A stretch of DNA of 56,594 nt from an uncultured Bacteroidales bacterium (GTDB lineage: Bacteria; Bacteroidota; Bacteroidia; Bacteroidales; Bacteroidaceae): positions 1 through 56,594 of the forward strand of contig CACZRQ010000129.1 in assembly GCA_902783615.1 (NCBI GenBank). Reading direction: 5' to 3'. Position numbers and translations under genes: made by a program. The notes under the pieces are model-generated. The model made no database searches and was not told the DNA's origin. It saw nothing but the letters and a program-made list of their open reading frames with translations. Of this stretch, positions 1-9,630 are shown one piece after another; position 1 is the stretch's first letter; the number at the start of each line of letters is the position of its first letter.

Positions 1-9
1 AATCGTCAC

Positions 10-70
10 TTTTCGGAGCAGCGAGAGCAGAGCCAAGCTTGCTTGAGCTATGCCGAGTCGTGACGAAATT
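10..70. repeat. Structured REP/MITE-like palindromic element, copy 1, embedded in a heptamer array
   Basis: TTTTCGGAGCAGCGAGA-[GCAGAGCCAAGC-TT-GCTTGAGCTATGC hairpin]-CGAGTCGTGACGAAATT. Related copy at 56529-56586. AATCGTC units flank it at 1-7 and 83-93. Confidence 0.6.
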
Positions 71-93
71 GGAGCGAAGCTCAATCGTCAATC

Positions 94-993
94 TTACTTA
101 ACTCCTTGCGGTGAACGGTAGCTGATGTTCACGCCAAAGTCGCGGATGCGACCATTCAGCCCCATCATGCCTTGCTCTGACACAGTACCCTGACGGGTGC
201 CAGCAATCATCTCTTCCGACATCTTCTTCATGTCGCTGATGCGCTGCAAAGTCTCTGGGTTGCTGCCCATGTAATGTCCTGGATACATCTTCTCGATGCC
301 ATGACGTTTCATGTAGCTCTCGATGCGGGTAGTGGTAGCCAGCAGGGTAGAGAAGTTGGTGGTGAGCAGCAGGTTGCCCGAGCCGAATGCATCGCCACTA
401 TAGCCCCACTTGCGTCCTTCCATCTCGAAGAAAGTGGCACTGCCTGGTGTATGTCCTGGGGTGAAGATCACCTCTATGTTGCGTCCACCCAGCTCGAATA
501 CCTGTCCGTCTTCTAAATAGTTCACCTTGCCTTTGTAGTCTGCCATGAACTGAGGCACATTCACCTCATCAGCTGCATTGATCCATATCTCGTCAAAATC
601 ATGGATGGCACTGCCTGTGTGGTCAGGATGTACATGTGTAGCGATTAGTGTGATAGGCTTGGAAGTGATGCCTTCCACAATCTTCTTCAGCCCATCAATC
701 TTGGTACCTGCATCCAGCAGGATGGTCTTCTCATTGCCCTCAATGATATAGATGGTCTCGTTTGCCATCAGGTGTCCATTTCCTTCCCAAGTGTGTTCAT
801 CAATCTGGCGGATAATCACATCGGGTCCTTCATATACCACAGGCTCGTTGTATTTCAGCTGAGGCATCCCTTGAGGGTTCTGCGGATCGTTGGCTTCTGC
901 CCACACGTCAGAGGCCTTCACAAAGGGAGCGAATGCTATGCTTGCGGCACCCATACCCATCAATTTCAGTACATTTCTTCTGTTAGTCTTCAT
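94..993 (-). CDS. Metallo-beta-lactamase-fold hydrolase (glyoxalase II-like) with twin-arginine-type signal peptide
   Basis: THVHPDH (HxHxDH), TPGHT, SGDAF and PGH motifs. Start moved to MKTNRRNVLKLMG (993) because the longer ORF overlaps susD, a terminator and a promoter. Confidence 0.85.
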   Translation of the reverse strand: MKTNRRNVLKLMGMGAASIAFAPFVKASDVWAEANDPQNPQGMPQLKYNEPVVYEGPDVIIRQIDEHTWEGNGHLMANETIYIIEGNEKTILLDAGTKIDGLKKIVEGITSKPITLIATHVHPDHTGSAIHDFDEIWINAADEVNVPQFMADYKGKVNYLEDGQVFELGGRNIEVIFTPGHTPGSATFFEMEGRKWGYSGDAFGSGNLLLTTNFSTLLATTTRIESYMKRHGIEKMYPGHYMGSNPETLQRISDMKKMSEEMIAGTRQGTVSEQGMMGLNGRIRDFGVNISYRSPQGVK

Positions 994-1022
994 ATAATTG
1001 CCTTTTTTTAATATTTTTTCCA

Positions 1023-1030
1023 CAAAGATA
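1023..1030 (-). promoter_or_regulatory. Bacteroidetes sigma70 -7 box (TATCTTTG) for the MBL hydrolase
   Basis: Matches TAnnTTTG, 30 nt upstream of the ATG at 993. Confidence 0.6.
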
Positions 1031-1065
1031 TGGCTTTTGAATGAAAAAATCAAATGTTTAGTTTT

Positions 1066-1106
1066 AAAAACAAAGGGCTCCCCCTTTTTTCTGAAGGAAC
1101 CCTTTG
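1066..1106 (-). terminator. Intrinsic terminator after susD
   Basis: Minus-strand stem CAAAGGGTTCC...GGAGCCCTTTG followed by TTTTT, 15 nt past the susD stop. Confidence 0.65.
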
Positions 1107-1121
1107 AACGAAAGAATGACA

Positions 1122-2930
1122 TTAATTCCAACCCTTGTTCTGTTCCAACTGGACTCCAGAGTTCAGGTTGATGACTGTCAACGGAATTGGGAACAGAGTC
1201 CATTGTGGAGTGATACCATCCAGTCCACAGTCGTTTGTGTACATGGTATAGTGTGACAATTGGTACTTCATGTCTTCGTTAGTGCCTGATGAGCTGTCAA
1301 GACGCAGCAGGGTAGGCCAGCGGTGCTCCTCGTATGCCAACTCGCGTGCGCGTTCATCCAGAATGTCTCGCATGGTGATGGAAGAGTACATGTAAGAAGC
1401 CTGTGCACGCTGACGAACAGTGTTCAGAGCTGATACAGCACTGTTCATGTCGCCGTTGCGCATGTAAGCCTCTGCCAATAGCAGATAAGTCTCAGCAGAA
1501 CGAGCCACATACATATCACGACCATATTGGTAAGCGAAGGTCTGCACACCGGCAAAAGCATGGTGAGAATCCCAGCCCCAACCGTCCTGCATGGCAATCT
1601 TGCAAGATACACGCATCAGGCGTGAAGGCTTCTGCAGCCATTCCTTCTTGCAGATTTCGCCATAGTGCTTGGAAGTCTTCTCCAATACGATAGGATTGCA
1701 ACGCACAATCTGTGAGTTTCGCATATCATCATCGAACTGGCCTGCCCATACGACTTCATCAGAGTAGTCGGTTGTACCAACCAAACCCCAAGATGTACCG
1801 CCAAGGTAAGCGCCTGAGTTGCCACCGATAGACTCATCCATGTCGATGTTTGGATTGTCATGCCATGGGCCTGCTGAATCAGGCTGACCTTCAGCTGTAT
1901 TCCAGATCAAGTCACGATATACTGCACCTACTGTAACACCATACATATAGACGTTACCGCCATCGTTTGACCACTGGTCGTAAGTAGGTCCCTGAACTGC
2001 CATCAAGCTCTCAGTATTACCTGCGCTGTAGTCATAGTTGCCCATCTGGAAGAGGTCGTAGTAAACGTTGCCCTCTGGCTTGTAGTTGGGAACGCCTAAG
2101 AAGCCAGTAGTACCGGTGTCAGAAGGATTGGCGCGAACGCCGAAGCGGCTGGTCATCAAAGGATGAGCTGCGATAACCTTCTGAGCGGCTGTGATGGCCT
2201 TACCATAATATGACTTGTCACCTGTCTCAACACCCTGTGCGATGTAAGCCTCTGCCAAATAGTGGTTGGCAATGCCCTGACCGGCACGCCCATCTTGTTT
2301 TGGATAAGCTGGCAAACCAGCAGCAGCTGCTTCAAGGTCAGCGATAGCGAATGCGTAAGTCTCCTGACGTGTGCTGCGTGCATAGTCGAACTTCAGCTCT
2401 TCTGTGTATTCAGGAACGATGGGCACACCACCAAAGCACTCTGCCAAGCGCAGGTAAGCCCATCCGCGGAAGAAGCGAGCCTGAGCCACTGCGTAGTTCT
2501 TGTCATCGGCGTTGTTCCAGTTCACCAATTCTATGCCGTGCAGAGCCAAGTTAGCCTGAGCGGCCAGCTGATACAGCTCGTTCCACAGAATGTTGAAATC
2601 AGAAGTGTTTGAGTTCAGTGCCATAAAGTTTGACATGAAGCCGGCAGCCATGTCAGGATCGCCGAAGCCGCTGTCAATGCAGTCTGAACCGTTACCACCC
2701 AGCAGGTTGCTGGCTGCTGCGCCTTCCACGTAGAGGTTGTGCCATCCAAACATGTAGTTGAATGAGATGTAGGCACGTGCGATGGCGGCATCCACCTGGC
2801 TGTTCTTCTCGAAGGCCGTCTCTACAGTGTAGATGGTCTTCGGCTCTTCCTTCAAGAAGTCGTCGTCTTTGCAGGAGCTCAGTACGCTTGCTGCTACCAA
2901 GCCTGCCATAAGGTAATTATATGCTTTCAT
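1122..2930 (-). CDS. susD: RagB/SusD family nutrient-binding outer-membrane lipoprotein
   Basis: Lipobox LSSC; ARFFRGWAYLRL..FGGVP, RSAETYLLLAEA and ERARELAYE..RW motifs; directly downstream of susC. Confidence 0.95.
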   Translation of the reverse strand: MKAYNYLMAGLVAASVLSSCKDDDFLKEEPKTIYTVETAFEKNSQVDAAIARAYISFNYMFGWHNLYVEGAAASNLLGGNGSDCIDSGFGDPDMAAGFMSNFMALNSNTSDFNILWNELYQLAAQANLALHGIELVNWNNADDKNYAVAQARFFRGWAYLRLAECFGGVPIVPEYTEELKFDYARSTRQETYAFAIADLEAAAAGLPAYPKQDGRAGQGIANHYLAEAYIAQGVETGDKSYYGKAITAAQKVIAAHPLMTSRFGVRANPSDTGTTGFLGVPNYKPEGNVYYDLFQMGNYDYSAGNTESLMAVQGPTYDQWSNDGGNVYMYGVTVGAVYRDLIWNTAEGQPDSAGPWHDNPNIDMDESIGGNSGAYLGGTSWGLVGTTDYSDEVVWAGQFDDDMRNSQIVRCNPIVLEKTSKHYGEICKKEWLQKPSRLMRVSCKIAMQDGWGWDSHHAFAGVQTFAYQYGRDMYVARSAETYLLLAEAYMRNGDMNSAVSALNTVRQRAQASYMYSSITMRDILDERARELAYEEHRWPTLLRLDSSSGTNEDMKYQLSHYTMYTNDCGLDGITPQWTLFPIPLTVINLNSGVQLEQNKGWN

Positions 2931-2948
2931 ATTCTTATTGTCTTATTT

Positions 2949-5900
2949 TTAGAATCTAACATTTAAACCGAATGTGTAGGTGCGTGGCAACTGTGAGGTA
3001 CGGCTGCTACGGATTTCAGGATCACTGAACTCCCAGTCAGGAGCAATGAAGAACAGGTTCTGAGCAGATACGTATGCCTGTAGGCCTGCCAGACCAATCT
3101 TGTTCATCCAGCTACCCTTGAAGGTGTAGGTCAGGTTCACGTCCTGCAGACGAACGAAGCCATACTTCTGTACACCAGTGAACTTAGCCAGATCAGCCAT
3201 AGCAGCGGGGTGCTTGGTGTCTTGGTTGGCCTCAGTCCAGAATGGGTGGTCCTCTGCGTTCAGGTATGCCATGTTCTCATAACTTACGAATGCAGCGTTG
3301 TTGATTGCCTTGCCATACTTGCTGCCGCTGAATGTGCCTGCAAACAGGAAGTACAGTGAGAAGTTCTTCCAAGTGATGGTGTTGCCCATGTTCAGCTGGA
3401 AGCTTGGACGGGTGTAACCCAGGATGGTACGATCGTTAGGGGTGATGATGCCGTCTCCGTCGTGGTCAACGTACATAGGATCACCTGGCTTGCCACCGTT
3501 AGCCTGCAGATACTGAGTGTCGCTCACCTGTGCCACGCGGTCGAATTCATATCCGTAGATGGCACCTAATGACTTGTTCAGGAACAGCTGGTTGGTGATG
3601 TCGTCGTTGCCGTCGCCGTAGAGCTCTTTCAGGATAGAGCGGCTCAGGGTGAACTGGAAGTTGGTGCTCCAGGTGAAGTCCTTCTGGCGGATGTTCATGG
3701 ATGTCAGACTGGCTTCGATACCCCAGTTGCGAATCTTACCCATGGTAGCCTTCTGAGTGCTGATGCCTGCGCCCATCACAGGGATGGTACGGTCGAATAT
3801 CTGGTCGGTTGTGTTGGCGATGTAAGCGTCCAGTTCGAAATGGATGCGCCCATTCTTCAGCAAGTCTGATTCCAAACCGAAGTTCCAGGAAGTGGTGGTT
3901 TCCCAACCCAGCATTGGGTTACCCAGTGTGGCCAAAGCCTGTGCAAACAGTGCCTGACCACCAAAGTAAGCAGTGTATCCACCGCTCTTGCCTACGTTCA
4001 TCTGAGACAGGGTTCCGTAAGGCTCCAGTGACTGGTTACCGTTCTTACCCCAAGAAGCCTTGACCTTGGTGTTGGTTGCCCAAGGAATTGCCTGCTTGAA
4101 GAATTCCTCGTTAGAGATGGTCCAAGCCACACCAACTGCAGGGAAGGTACCCCATTTCTTATCGCTACCGAATACGGAGCTACCGTCACGACGGATAGAA
4201 GCGTTGAAGTGGTAAGTGTCCTTATAAGAATAGTTCACGCGACCCAGGTAACCCACGTTGTTGTGCAGGCGGTAAGTGATGCCATCACTTGAAACCTTCT
4301 GGGTGGCGGCGTTGCCCAAGCCGTAGAATCCCAGGGTGGTGTTGCCCAGACCTGAGAAGTCGGTACCCTCGAACTGACTGCCGTCCAGCTTGTCGGAGTC
4401 GCGTGTATATACAGCTGTTGCGGATACAAAGTGGTCACCGAACTCACGTGTGTAAGTCAGGATGTGGTCCATCACGTAAGAGGTGGTCTTGGCGTTGTTG
4501 ATGTAGCCGGTAGCCTGGTTCAAGTGGCTGTCCAGCACGTCAGCGTTATAGTCCCAACCATCGCTCATTGAGATGTAGTACTTCTCGTGGTTAAAGCGGC
4601 GCTGCAACTGCTGGCGGATGTTGTAGTTGCCAGTCAACTTATAGCTCAGACCCTCGATTCCAGGGATCTTGATTTCAATCTCGCCACCCAGAGCGATGTT
4701 GCTGTTGCGGTTCTGCATATCTACACCGCCATCGATGTTCCACAATGGGTTCACGTCATCGGCAGTATGCTCGGTGATGAATCGGCGCAAGGTCTTGCCG
4801 TCCTCCAAGTAAGGCTCGCCCCATGGAGAGAAGTAGCGTCCATAGTATGGGCGCAGGCCATCCTGCTTCATGTTGGCCCAGTTGAAGCTCATGCCCACCT
4901 TGATGTAGCTGTTCACCTTGGTGTTTATGCGTGCGTTAACTGTGGTACGCTTATAAGTGTTGCCCTTGATGAAGTTGCCGTTATCAGAGAATGAAGCGCC
5001 AAACATATAGTCCATGTTTTCAGTAGCACCGCTCAGGCTCACGGAGTAGTTCTGGCGAACGCCTGTATGTGATACGTAGTCAATCCAGTCGGTCTCCTCA
5101 CCCTTTTCATAGTTGGCCTTTTCCAGCTGTGTCATCCAGTTGGTGCTGCCCTCTGGCAACCCTTGGCGTGCGTTGATCAGCTCGATGTAGTCCTTACCGT
5201 TGCGGAGGCTTGGCTTGTAAGCTGCCTGAACCAGAGCGACTGAACCACGGAAGTTGATCATTGGCTTGCCCTGTGAGCCCTTCTTGGTGGTGATCATGAT
5301 CACACCGTTGGCTGCCTGCGAACCATATGCTGCCAATGAAGTGGCATCCTTCAATACGCTCATGCTCTCCACGATGTTAGGATCGATGTCGTTAATGGTA
5401 CCTTTATAGATAACGCCATTGACAACAATCAATGGGTCTGAACCACCGTTGATGGACTTCTGTCCACGGATTTGGATGCTTGAAACGTCGCCAGCTACAC
5501 CCGTCTGTGTCATACTCAGACCTGGGATCAAGCCTCGCAGCATGTCGGCAGAGCTTGTAGGAGCCATGTTTGCCACAGCACCGTCAGCCACGTTCATGGT
5601 AGCCACAGAACCTGTGAAGTTCTTGCGCTTGGTTACACCGTAGCCCACTACCACCACTTCTTCCAGTGTCTCGCTGTCTTCTGCCAGTGTAACTTCCAAA
5701 GAAGTCTGTCCAGGTTCCAACACGATTTCCTGTGTTACATAACCGATGTAAGAAATAACCAGTGTAGCACCGTTAGGTACATTCTGGATAACCACTTGGC
5801 CCATCATGTCGGTAATACCACCGATGGTAGTACCTTTGACGATGACGTTGGCACCAATCACTTCGCCTAAAGCATCATTCACCTGAACAGTCACTGTGCT

Positions 5901-6032
5901 GCCGTTCTGCTGGATGCTCTGTACGCCTGTTGTCTCTGTTTCCGCTGCCACTATAGAAATAGGTGTGCATACAGCGAGGAAGAGAGGCAATGCGCAAAGT
6001 TTCATTGTTCTTTTCAAACAAATGTCTTTCAT
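2949..6032 (-). CDS. susC: SusC/RagA family TonB-dependent transporter
   Basis: LEEVVVVGYG, plug motif LKDATSLAAYGSQAANGVIMITTK, LGWETT and C-terminal PRTYTFGLNVRF. Confidence 0.95.
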   Translation of the reverse strand: MKDICLKRTMKLCALPLFLAVCTPISIVAAETETTGVQSIQQNGSTVTVQVNDALGEVIGANVIVKGTTIGGITDMMGQVVIQNVPNGATLVISYIGYVTQEIVLEPGQTSLEVTLAEDSETLEEVVVVGYGVTKRKNFTGSVATMNVADGAVANMAPTSSADMLRGLIPGLSMTQTGVAGDVSSIQIRGQKSINGGSDPLIVVNGVIYKGTINDIDPNIVESMSVLKDATSLAAYGSQAANGVIMITTKKGSQGKPMINFRGSVALVQAAYKPSLRNGKDYIELINARQGLPEGSTNWMTQLEKANYEKGEETDWIDYVSHTGVRQNYSVSLSGATENMDYMFGASFSDNGNFIKGNTYKRTTVNARINTKVNSYIKVGMSFNWANMKQDGLRPYYGRYFSPWGEPYLEDGKTLRRFITEHTADDVNPLWNIDGGVDMQNRNSNIALGGEIEIKIPGIEGLSYKLTGNYNIRQQLQRRFNHEKYYISMSDGWDYNADVLDSHLNQATGYINNAKTTSYVMDHILTYTREFGDHFVSATAVYTRDSDKLDGSQFEGTDFSGLGNTTLGFYGLGNAATQKVSSDGITYRLHNNVGYLGRVNYSYKDTYHFNASIRRDGSSVFGSDKKWGTFPAVGVAWTISNEEFFKQAIPWATNTKVKASWGKNGNQSLEPYGTLSQMNVGKSGGYTAYFGGQALFAQALATLGNPMLGWETTTSWNFGLESDLLKNGRIHFELDAYIANTTDQIFDRTIPVMGAGISTQKATMGKIRNWGIEASLTSMNIRQKDFTWSTNFQFTLSRSILKELYGDGNDDITNQLFLNKSLGAIYGYEFDRVAQVSDTQYLQANGGKPGDPMYVDHDGDGIITPNDRTILGYTRPSFQLNMGNTITWKNFSLYFLFAGTFSGSKYGKAINNAAFVSYENMAYLNAEDHPFWTEANQDTKHPAAMADLAKFTGVQKYGFVRLQDVNLTYTFKGSWMNKIGLAGLQAYVSAQNLFFIAPDWEFSDPEIRSSRTSQLPRTYTFGLNVRF

Positions 6033-6072
6033 ACCAGTTGAATTTTTAGATTAATATTGAATTTTCTGGTTG

Positions 6073-6080
6073 CAAAGTTA
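6073..6080 (-). promoter_or_regulatory. -7 box (TAACTTTG) of the susCD promoter
   Basis: TAnnTTTG 40 nt upstream of the susC start. Confidence 0.6.
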
Positions 6081-6305
6081 GTCTGATTCAAAAGACATTT
6101 TGTTCGTCGGTAAGTGGGTGTAGTAAGGATTTGAAAATGCAAGAGGCTGTTTTTAATCCTTTTGCGTTTCTGTAATAGTAAGTTTTAGTAGCGCCATACT
6201 TAAGCGTGGTTATGTTTACGCCCATACGCGGGAGAAAAAAAATCTCGAGTTAGAGCGCCAGTTTTTCCCAAAGAATGGGCACAGATACTTACGTAAATAA
6301 AAAGG

Positions 6306-8000
6306 TCAGGCCTTGGTAATGGCGGGTTTCAGCTGCTTCACGCTCAGGTCGAAATCTTCGTTTGCGGAAATGGCTTTGCTTCGCATCTTAGTGCGGGCAT
6401 TATAGACCGTCTGCACGGAAACACCCAACATCTTGCTGATCTTTACGCTGCTGTCAATGCCTAAACGAATCAGTGCATAGATTCGCAAGTCGGTGTTTAG
6501 CCTGCCCTCAGGCTTGATGCTGATTTGTTCTTCTTCTCTAAGCAAGGTGTTGAACTGCTGGATAAAGTCGGGATAGAGGCGCAGGAACACCTTGTCGAAT
6601 TCCGTCCATAGCTCCTGCAGATACTCGTTTTCACGCTGACTGGTTGCTGCGGTCTGCTTGATGGCTTCGGCATATTGTCCAGCCTTTAGCTTGCGGTTGA
6701 TGTTCTTCTTCAGCGCATCCATCTTGTCGATGTAATCAGAACAAGTGGCGAAGAGCTGCCCGATGTACTCTTCCTTGATATAGTTGGCTTCGGTAAGTTC
6801 TGTGTTGGTTTCCGTCAATTGTTGTTCTTTAGCCTTTAGCTGTTCATTGCTTTGTCGCAGATTGGCTTCACTTGCCTTCAGCTGTTCATTGCTTTGCTTC
6901 AGCTCCTGGTGAAGTGAACGCACCTTCTTCAGTTCCAGCATGGTGACAATCAGTAATATGATGGCTAAAACAATGAATAGTGTCAGCAGGTAGTTTAGCA
7001 TTTGGTTTCTGGCATTCTGCTGCTCCAAACGATCTTCCACCATTTCATGGAATTGCATCACAGAGCGTGCCAATGCTCCATCACCATTATATACATATTC
7101 AGGATGGTCGGCTTGAATCCTAAGGGTGGCGTTGTAGAAACGTGCAGCGTATGTCAGTTCGCCCATTTCTCGAGCTATGCTACCCAAATCTGCCAAATAT
7201 GGCACATGTCGGTCCACCTGTTGGATTTTAGAAATCAGGCTAAGGGCGAAATACTTCAACCGGTTGTCTATGTCTCCATTTGCCCAGGCTGTCAGGGCTG
7301 TGCATTCAGTGATGTACTTATACCAAGGGTTCTTCTCATCCATCGAGTCGGCAAATCGCATCAGCTCTGGTTGCCATTCCTTCAATTCCGATGTGCCTGC
7401 AATCTGGTAAGATTTGGCATAATTGTAATAAGGAGAAGATGGGTCGGGCACCAGTTGTACGATAGAGTCGGCATAGGCTGTTATCATCGGATAGGGTGAT
7501 GGCAGGTTGAATTGAATGGCGTAGTATCGCCAATAGGTCAGCTCTTCCATCAAGTATTTCAATTTGATGTCCTGACCCATAGGTAGCTCCTTTACCTTGT
7601 CGAGAGCCTCTCGGCTTTCATCGATCATGCCAGAAGTGTTGTACGTTTGTGACCTGAGAATGAGGCTCTCGGCTATCCAGTCGGTTCGTTTCAACTCTTC
7701 CGCTCTTTGTAAGTTTTTGTCGATATATGCCAATGCGCTGTCGGCTTCATAGCCCATATACATTTCAGCCAGCAGACGTTGGTAGATGTAGATGGATTCT
7801 CTGTCCATCGAATTGGCCAGTCGCTGGTGTATCTCGTTTATGCTGTTGTTGAAATCCTCTAAATTAGTTTCTTTGTTGTTCAGTGCCTCTTCCACTTGGG
7901 CAAAATAGAACAGATTTTCTTGCGTAGCAGTGCTATACCTGCCTGTACACGAACAGACAAGTATTAATGATAGGCTGTAGAGGATATGAATTGCTTTCAT
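6306..8000 (-). CDS. SusR-like/DUF6377 transmembrane transcriptional regulator (periplasmic helical sensor, TM, coiled coil, HTH)
   Basis: Lipobox-like VCSC; TM LLTLFIVLAIILLIV; EANYIKEEYIGQLF, FDKVFLRLYPDFI and LRIYALIRLGI..S.KIS..L..SVQTVYNAR motifs; upstream of susC. Confidence 0.85.
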   Translation of the reverse strand: MKAIHILYSLSLILVCSCTGRYSTATQENLFYFAQVEEALNNKETNLEDFNNSINEIHQRLANSMDRESIYIYQRLLAEMYMGYEADSALAYIDKNLQRAEELKRTDWIAESLILRSQTYNTSGMIDESREALDKVKELPMGQDIKLKYLMEELTYWRYYAIQFNLPSPYPMITAYADSIVQLVPDPSSPYYNYAKSYQIAGTSELKEWQPELMRFADSMDEKNPWYKYITECTALTAWANGDIDNRLKYFALSLISKIQQVDRHVPYLADLGSIAREMGELTYAARFYNATLRIQADHPEYVYNGDGALARSVMQFHEMVEDRLEQQNARNQMLNYLLTLFIVLAIILLIVTMLELKKVRSLHQELKQSNEQLKASEANLRQSNEQLKAKEQQLTETNTELTEANYIKEEYIGQLFATCSDYIDKMDALKKNINRKLKAGQYAEAIKQTAATSQRENEYLQELWTEFDKVFLRLYPDFIQQFNTLLREEEQISIKPEGRLNTDLRIYALIRLGIDSSVKISKMLGVSVQTVYNARTKMRSKAISANEDFDLSVKQLKPAITKA

Positions 8001-8021
8001 CGTATATTACTATTCAAGGAG

Positions 8022-8029
8022 CAAAGATA
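8022..8029 (-). promoter_or_regulatory. -7 box (TATCTTTG) for the regulator gene
   Basis: TAnnTTTG 21 nt upstream of the start; divergent from the rha promoter. Confidence 0.55.
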
Positions 8030-8115
8030 GTCAAAAATGAATTGATAGCTATACTTTTAGGAAAATAATTGAAAAAATTATCCTACTATGTGATTGTCAA
8101 GTGTCGATAATTTCC

Positions 8116-8123
8116 TAAATTTG
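8116..8123 (+). promoter_or_regulatory. -7 box (TAAATTTG) of the rha operon
   Basis: TAnnTTTG upstream of ATG 8157; supports that start over 8094. Confidence 0.55.
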
Positions 8124-8156
8124 CAGATGAAGAATGAACAATTAAATCGAAATAGC

Positions 8157-9626
8157 ATGAAGAATAGTTTTTTTGCAGTTGATTTGGGTGCTACCAGTGG
8201 ACGCACCATCTTGGGAACCTTTACGTCTGAGGGACTGGAGATGGAGGTGGTGAACCGCTTTCCCAATCACCTGATACCTGCCAATGGACATTTCTATTGG
8301 GACATCTACGAGCTGTATCGCAATGTCATTGAAGGACTGAAAGCCGTGGCGCAACGCGAAGATGTGAAGATTACTTCCATCGGCATCGACACCTGGGGCT
8401 GCGACTTCGTGATGGTGGGCAAGGATGGAGGATTCCTGCGCCTGCCCTACGCCTATCGCGACCCGCATACCGAGGGTGCCCCCGAGAAGTTCTTTGAAAG
8501 GATGCCTCGCAGTGAGGTGTATGGCCTGACGGGTATCCAGATCATGAACTTCAATACCCTGTTCCAGTTCGATACCCTGCGACGTAACCATGATGCGGCC
8601 TACGAGGCAGCTGAGAAGATTCTGTTTATCCCTGATGCCCTGAGCTATATGCTTACTGGAGAGATGGTGACGGAATATACCGTAGCCACTACGGCTCAGA
8701 TTGTGAATGCATATACCCGCAAGTTGGAGCCGAAGTTGCTGGAGGCAGTAGGGCTGACGGAGGATAAGTTTGGCCGCTTTGTCTATCCGGGTGAGACAGT
8801 GGGCACATTGACCCCAGAGGTGCAACAGCTGACGGGGCTTGATGCCATTCCTGTGATAGCTGTGGCTGGACACGACACCGCCAGTGCCGTAGCAGCTGTG
8901 CCTGCCCAGACGGGTGATTTCGCTTTCCTGAGCAGCGGCACCTGGTCGCTGATGGGAATAGAGACGCAGGACCCTGTCATCAATGAGGAGTCGCAAGCCC
9001 TGAACTACACCAACGAGGGAGGTGTGAACAACACCATCCGCTTGCTGAAGAACATCTGTGGCATGTGGCTCTTGGAACGTTGCCGCCTGAACTGGACGGA
9101 TGCCGACTATGCTGTGCTGAATGCCGAGGCTGAGGCTGCCGAGCCCTTCCGCAGTTTGATTCAGCCCGATGCGCCCGAGTTTGCCAATCCTGTGGATATG
9201 GAACAGGCCATCAAGGACTTCTGCAAGGCTCACAATGAGCCTGTGCCTGAAACCAGGGGGCAGGTGGTGAGATGCATCTACGAGAGCCTGGCACTGAGGT
9301 ACAGAGAGGTGTTCGACAACCTGTACGACCTTTCCGATCATCCGATGCTGGCGTTGCATGTGATAGGTGGAGGCAGCAGGAACGATATGCTGAACCAGTG
9401 GACTGCCAATGCCGTGGGTGTGCCTGTGTTTGCGGGGCCTTCGGAGGCTACAGCCATTGGCAACATCATGCTGCAGGCTCTGGCTTCGGGAGCTGCCGAC
9501 AGTGTGCCGGCTATGCGCCAGCTGATTCGCAGGAGCATCAAGATGCAGGGCTATCTCAGTGAGAATGAGAAGGCTTGGGAAGAGGCTTATCAGAAATTCT
9601 TGGATTTGAATAACATTAAAAAATAA
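8157..9626 (+). CDS. rhaB: Rhamnulokinase (FGGY family)
   Basis: AVDLGATSGR, SIGIDTWGCDF, GHDTASAV, LSSGTWSLMG and TNEGG motifs; first gene of the operon with rhaT and rhaD. Confidence 0.9.
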   Translation: MKNSFFAVDLGATSGRTILGTFTSEGLEMEVVNRFPNHLIPANGHFYWDIYELYRNVIEGLKAVAQREDVKITSIGIDTWGCDFVMVGKDGGFLRLPYAYRDPHTEGAPEKFFERMPRSEVYGLTGIQIMNFNTLFQFDTLRRNHDAAYEAAEKILFIPDALSYMLTGEMVTEYTVATTAQIVNAYTRKLEPKLLEAVGLTEDKFGRFVYPGETVGTLTPEVQQLTGLDAIPVIAVAGHDTASAVAAVPAQTGDFAFLSSGTWSLMGIETQDPVINEESQALNYTNEGGVNNTIRLLKNICGMWLLERCRLNWTDADYAVLNAEAEAAEPFRSLIQPDAPEFANPVDMEQAIKDFCKAHNEPVPETRGQVVRCIYESLALRYREVFDNLYDLSDHPMLALHVIGGGSRNDMLNQWTANAVGVPVFAGPSEATAIGNIMLQALASGAADSVPAMRQLIRRSIKMQGYLSENEKAWEEAYQKFLDLNNIKK

Positions 9627-9630
9627 AGAT

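Noticed and set aside
94-993. MBL-fold gene as an antibiotic-resistance beta-lactamase
   Set aside because: HxHxDH is shared by the whole superfamily; nothing specific to class B beta-lactamases is visible
994-1203. N-terminal extensions in the ORF track (MBL; also rhaB, holB, mscS, serpin, pilin-like and AAA genes)
   Set aside because: They run through promoters, terminators or repeats, or precede the evident signal peptide or family N-terminus; downstream ATGs fit better
6830-6905. Short duplication in the DUF6377 regulator (QSNEQLKA twice)
   Set aside because: Ordinary in-frame coiled-coil expansion
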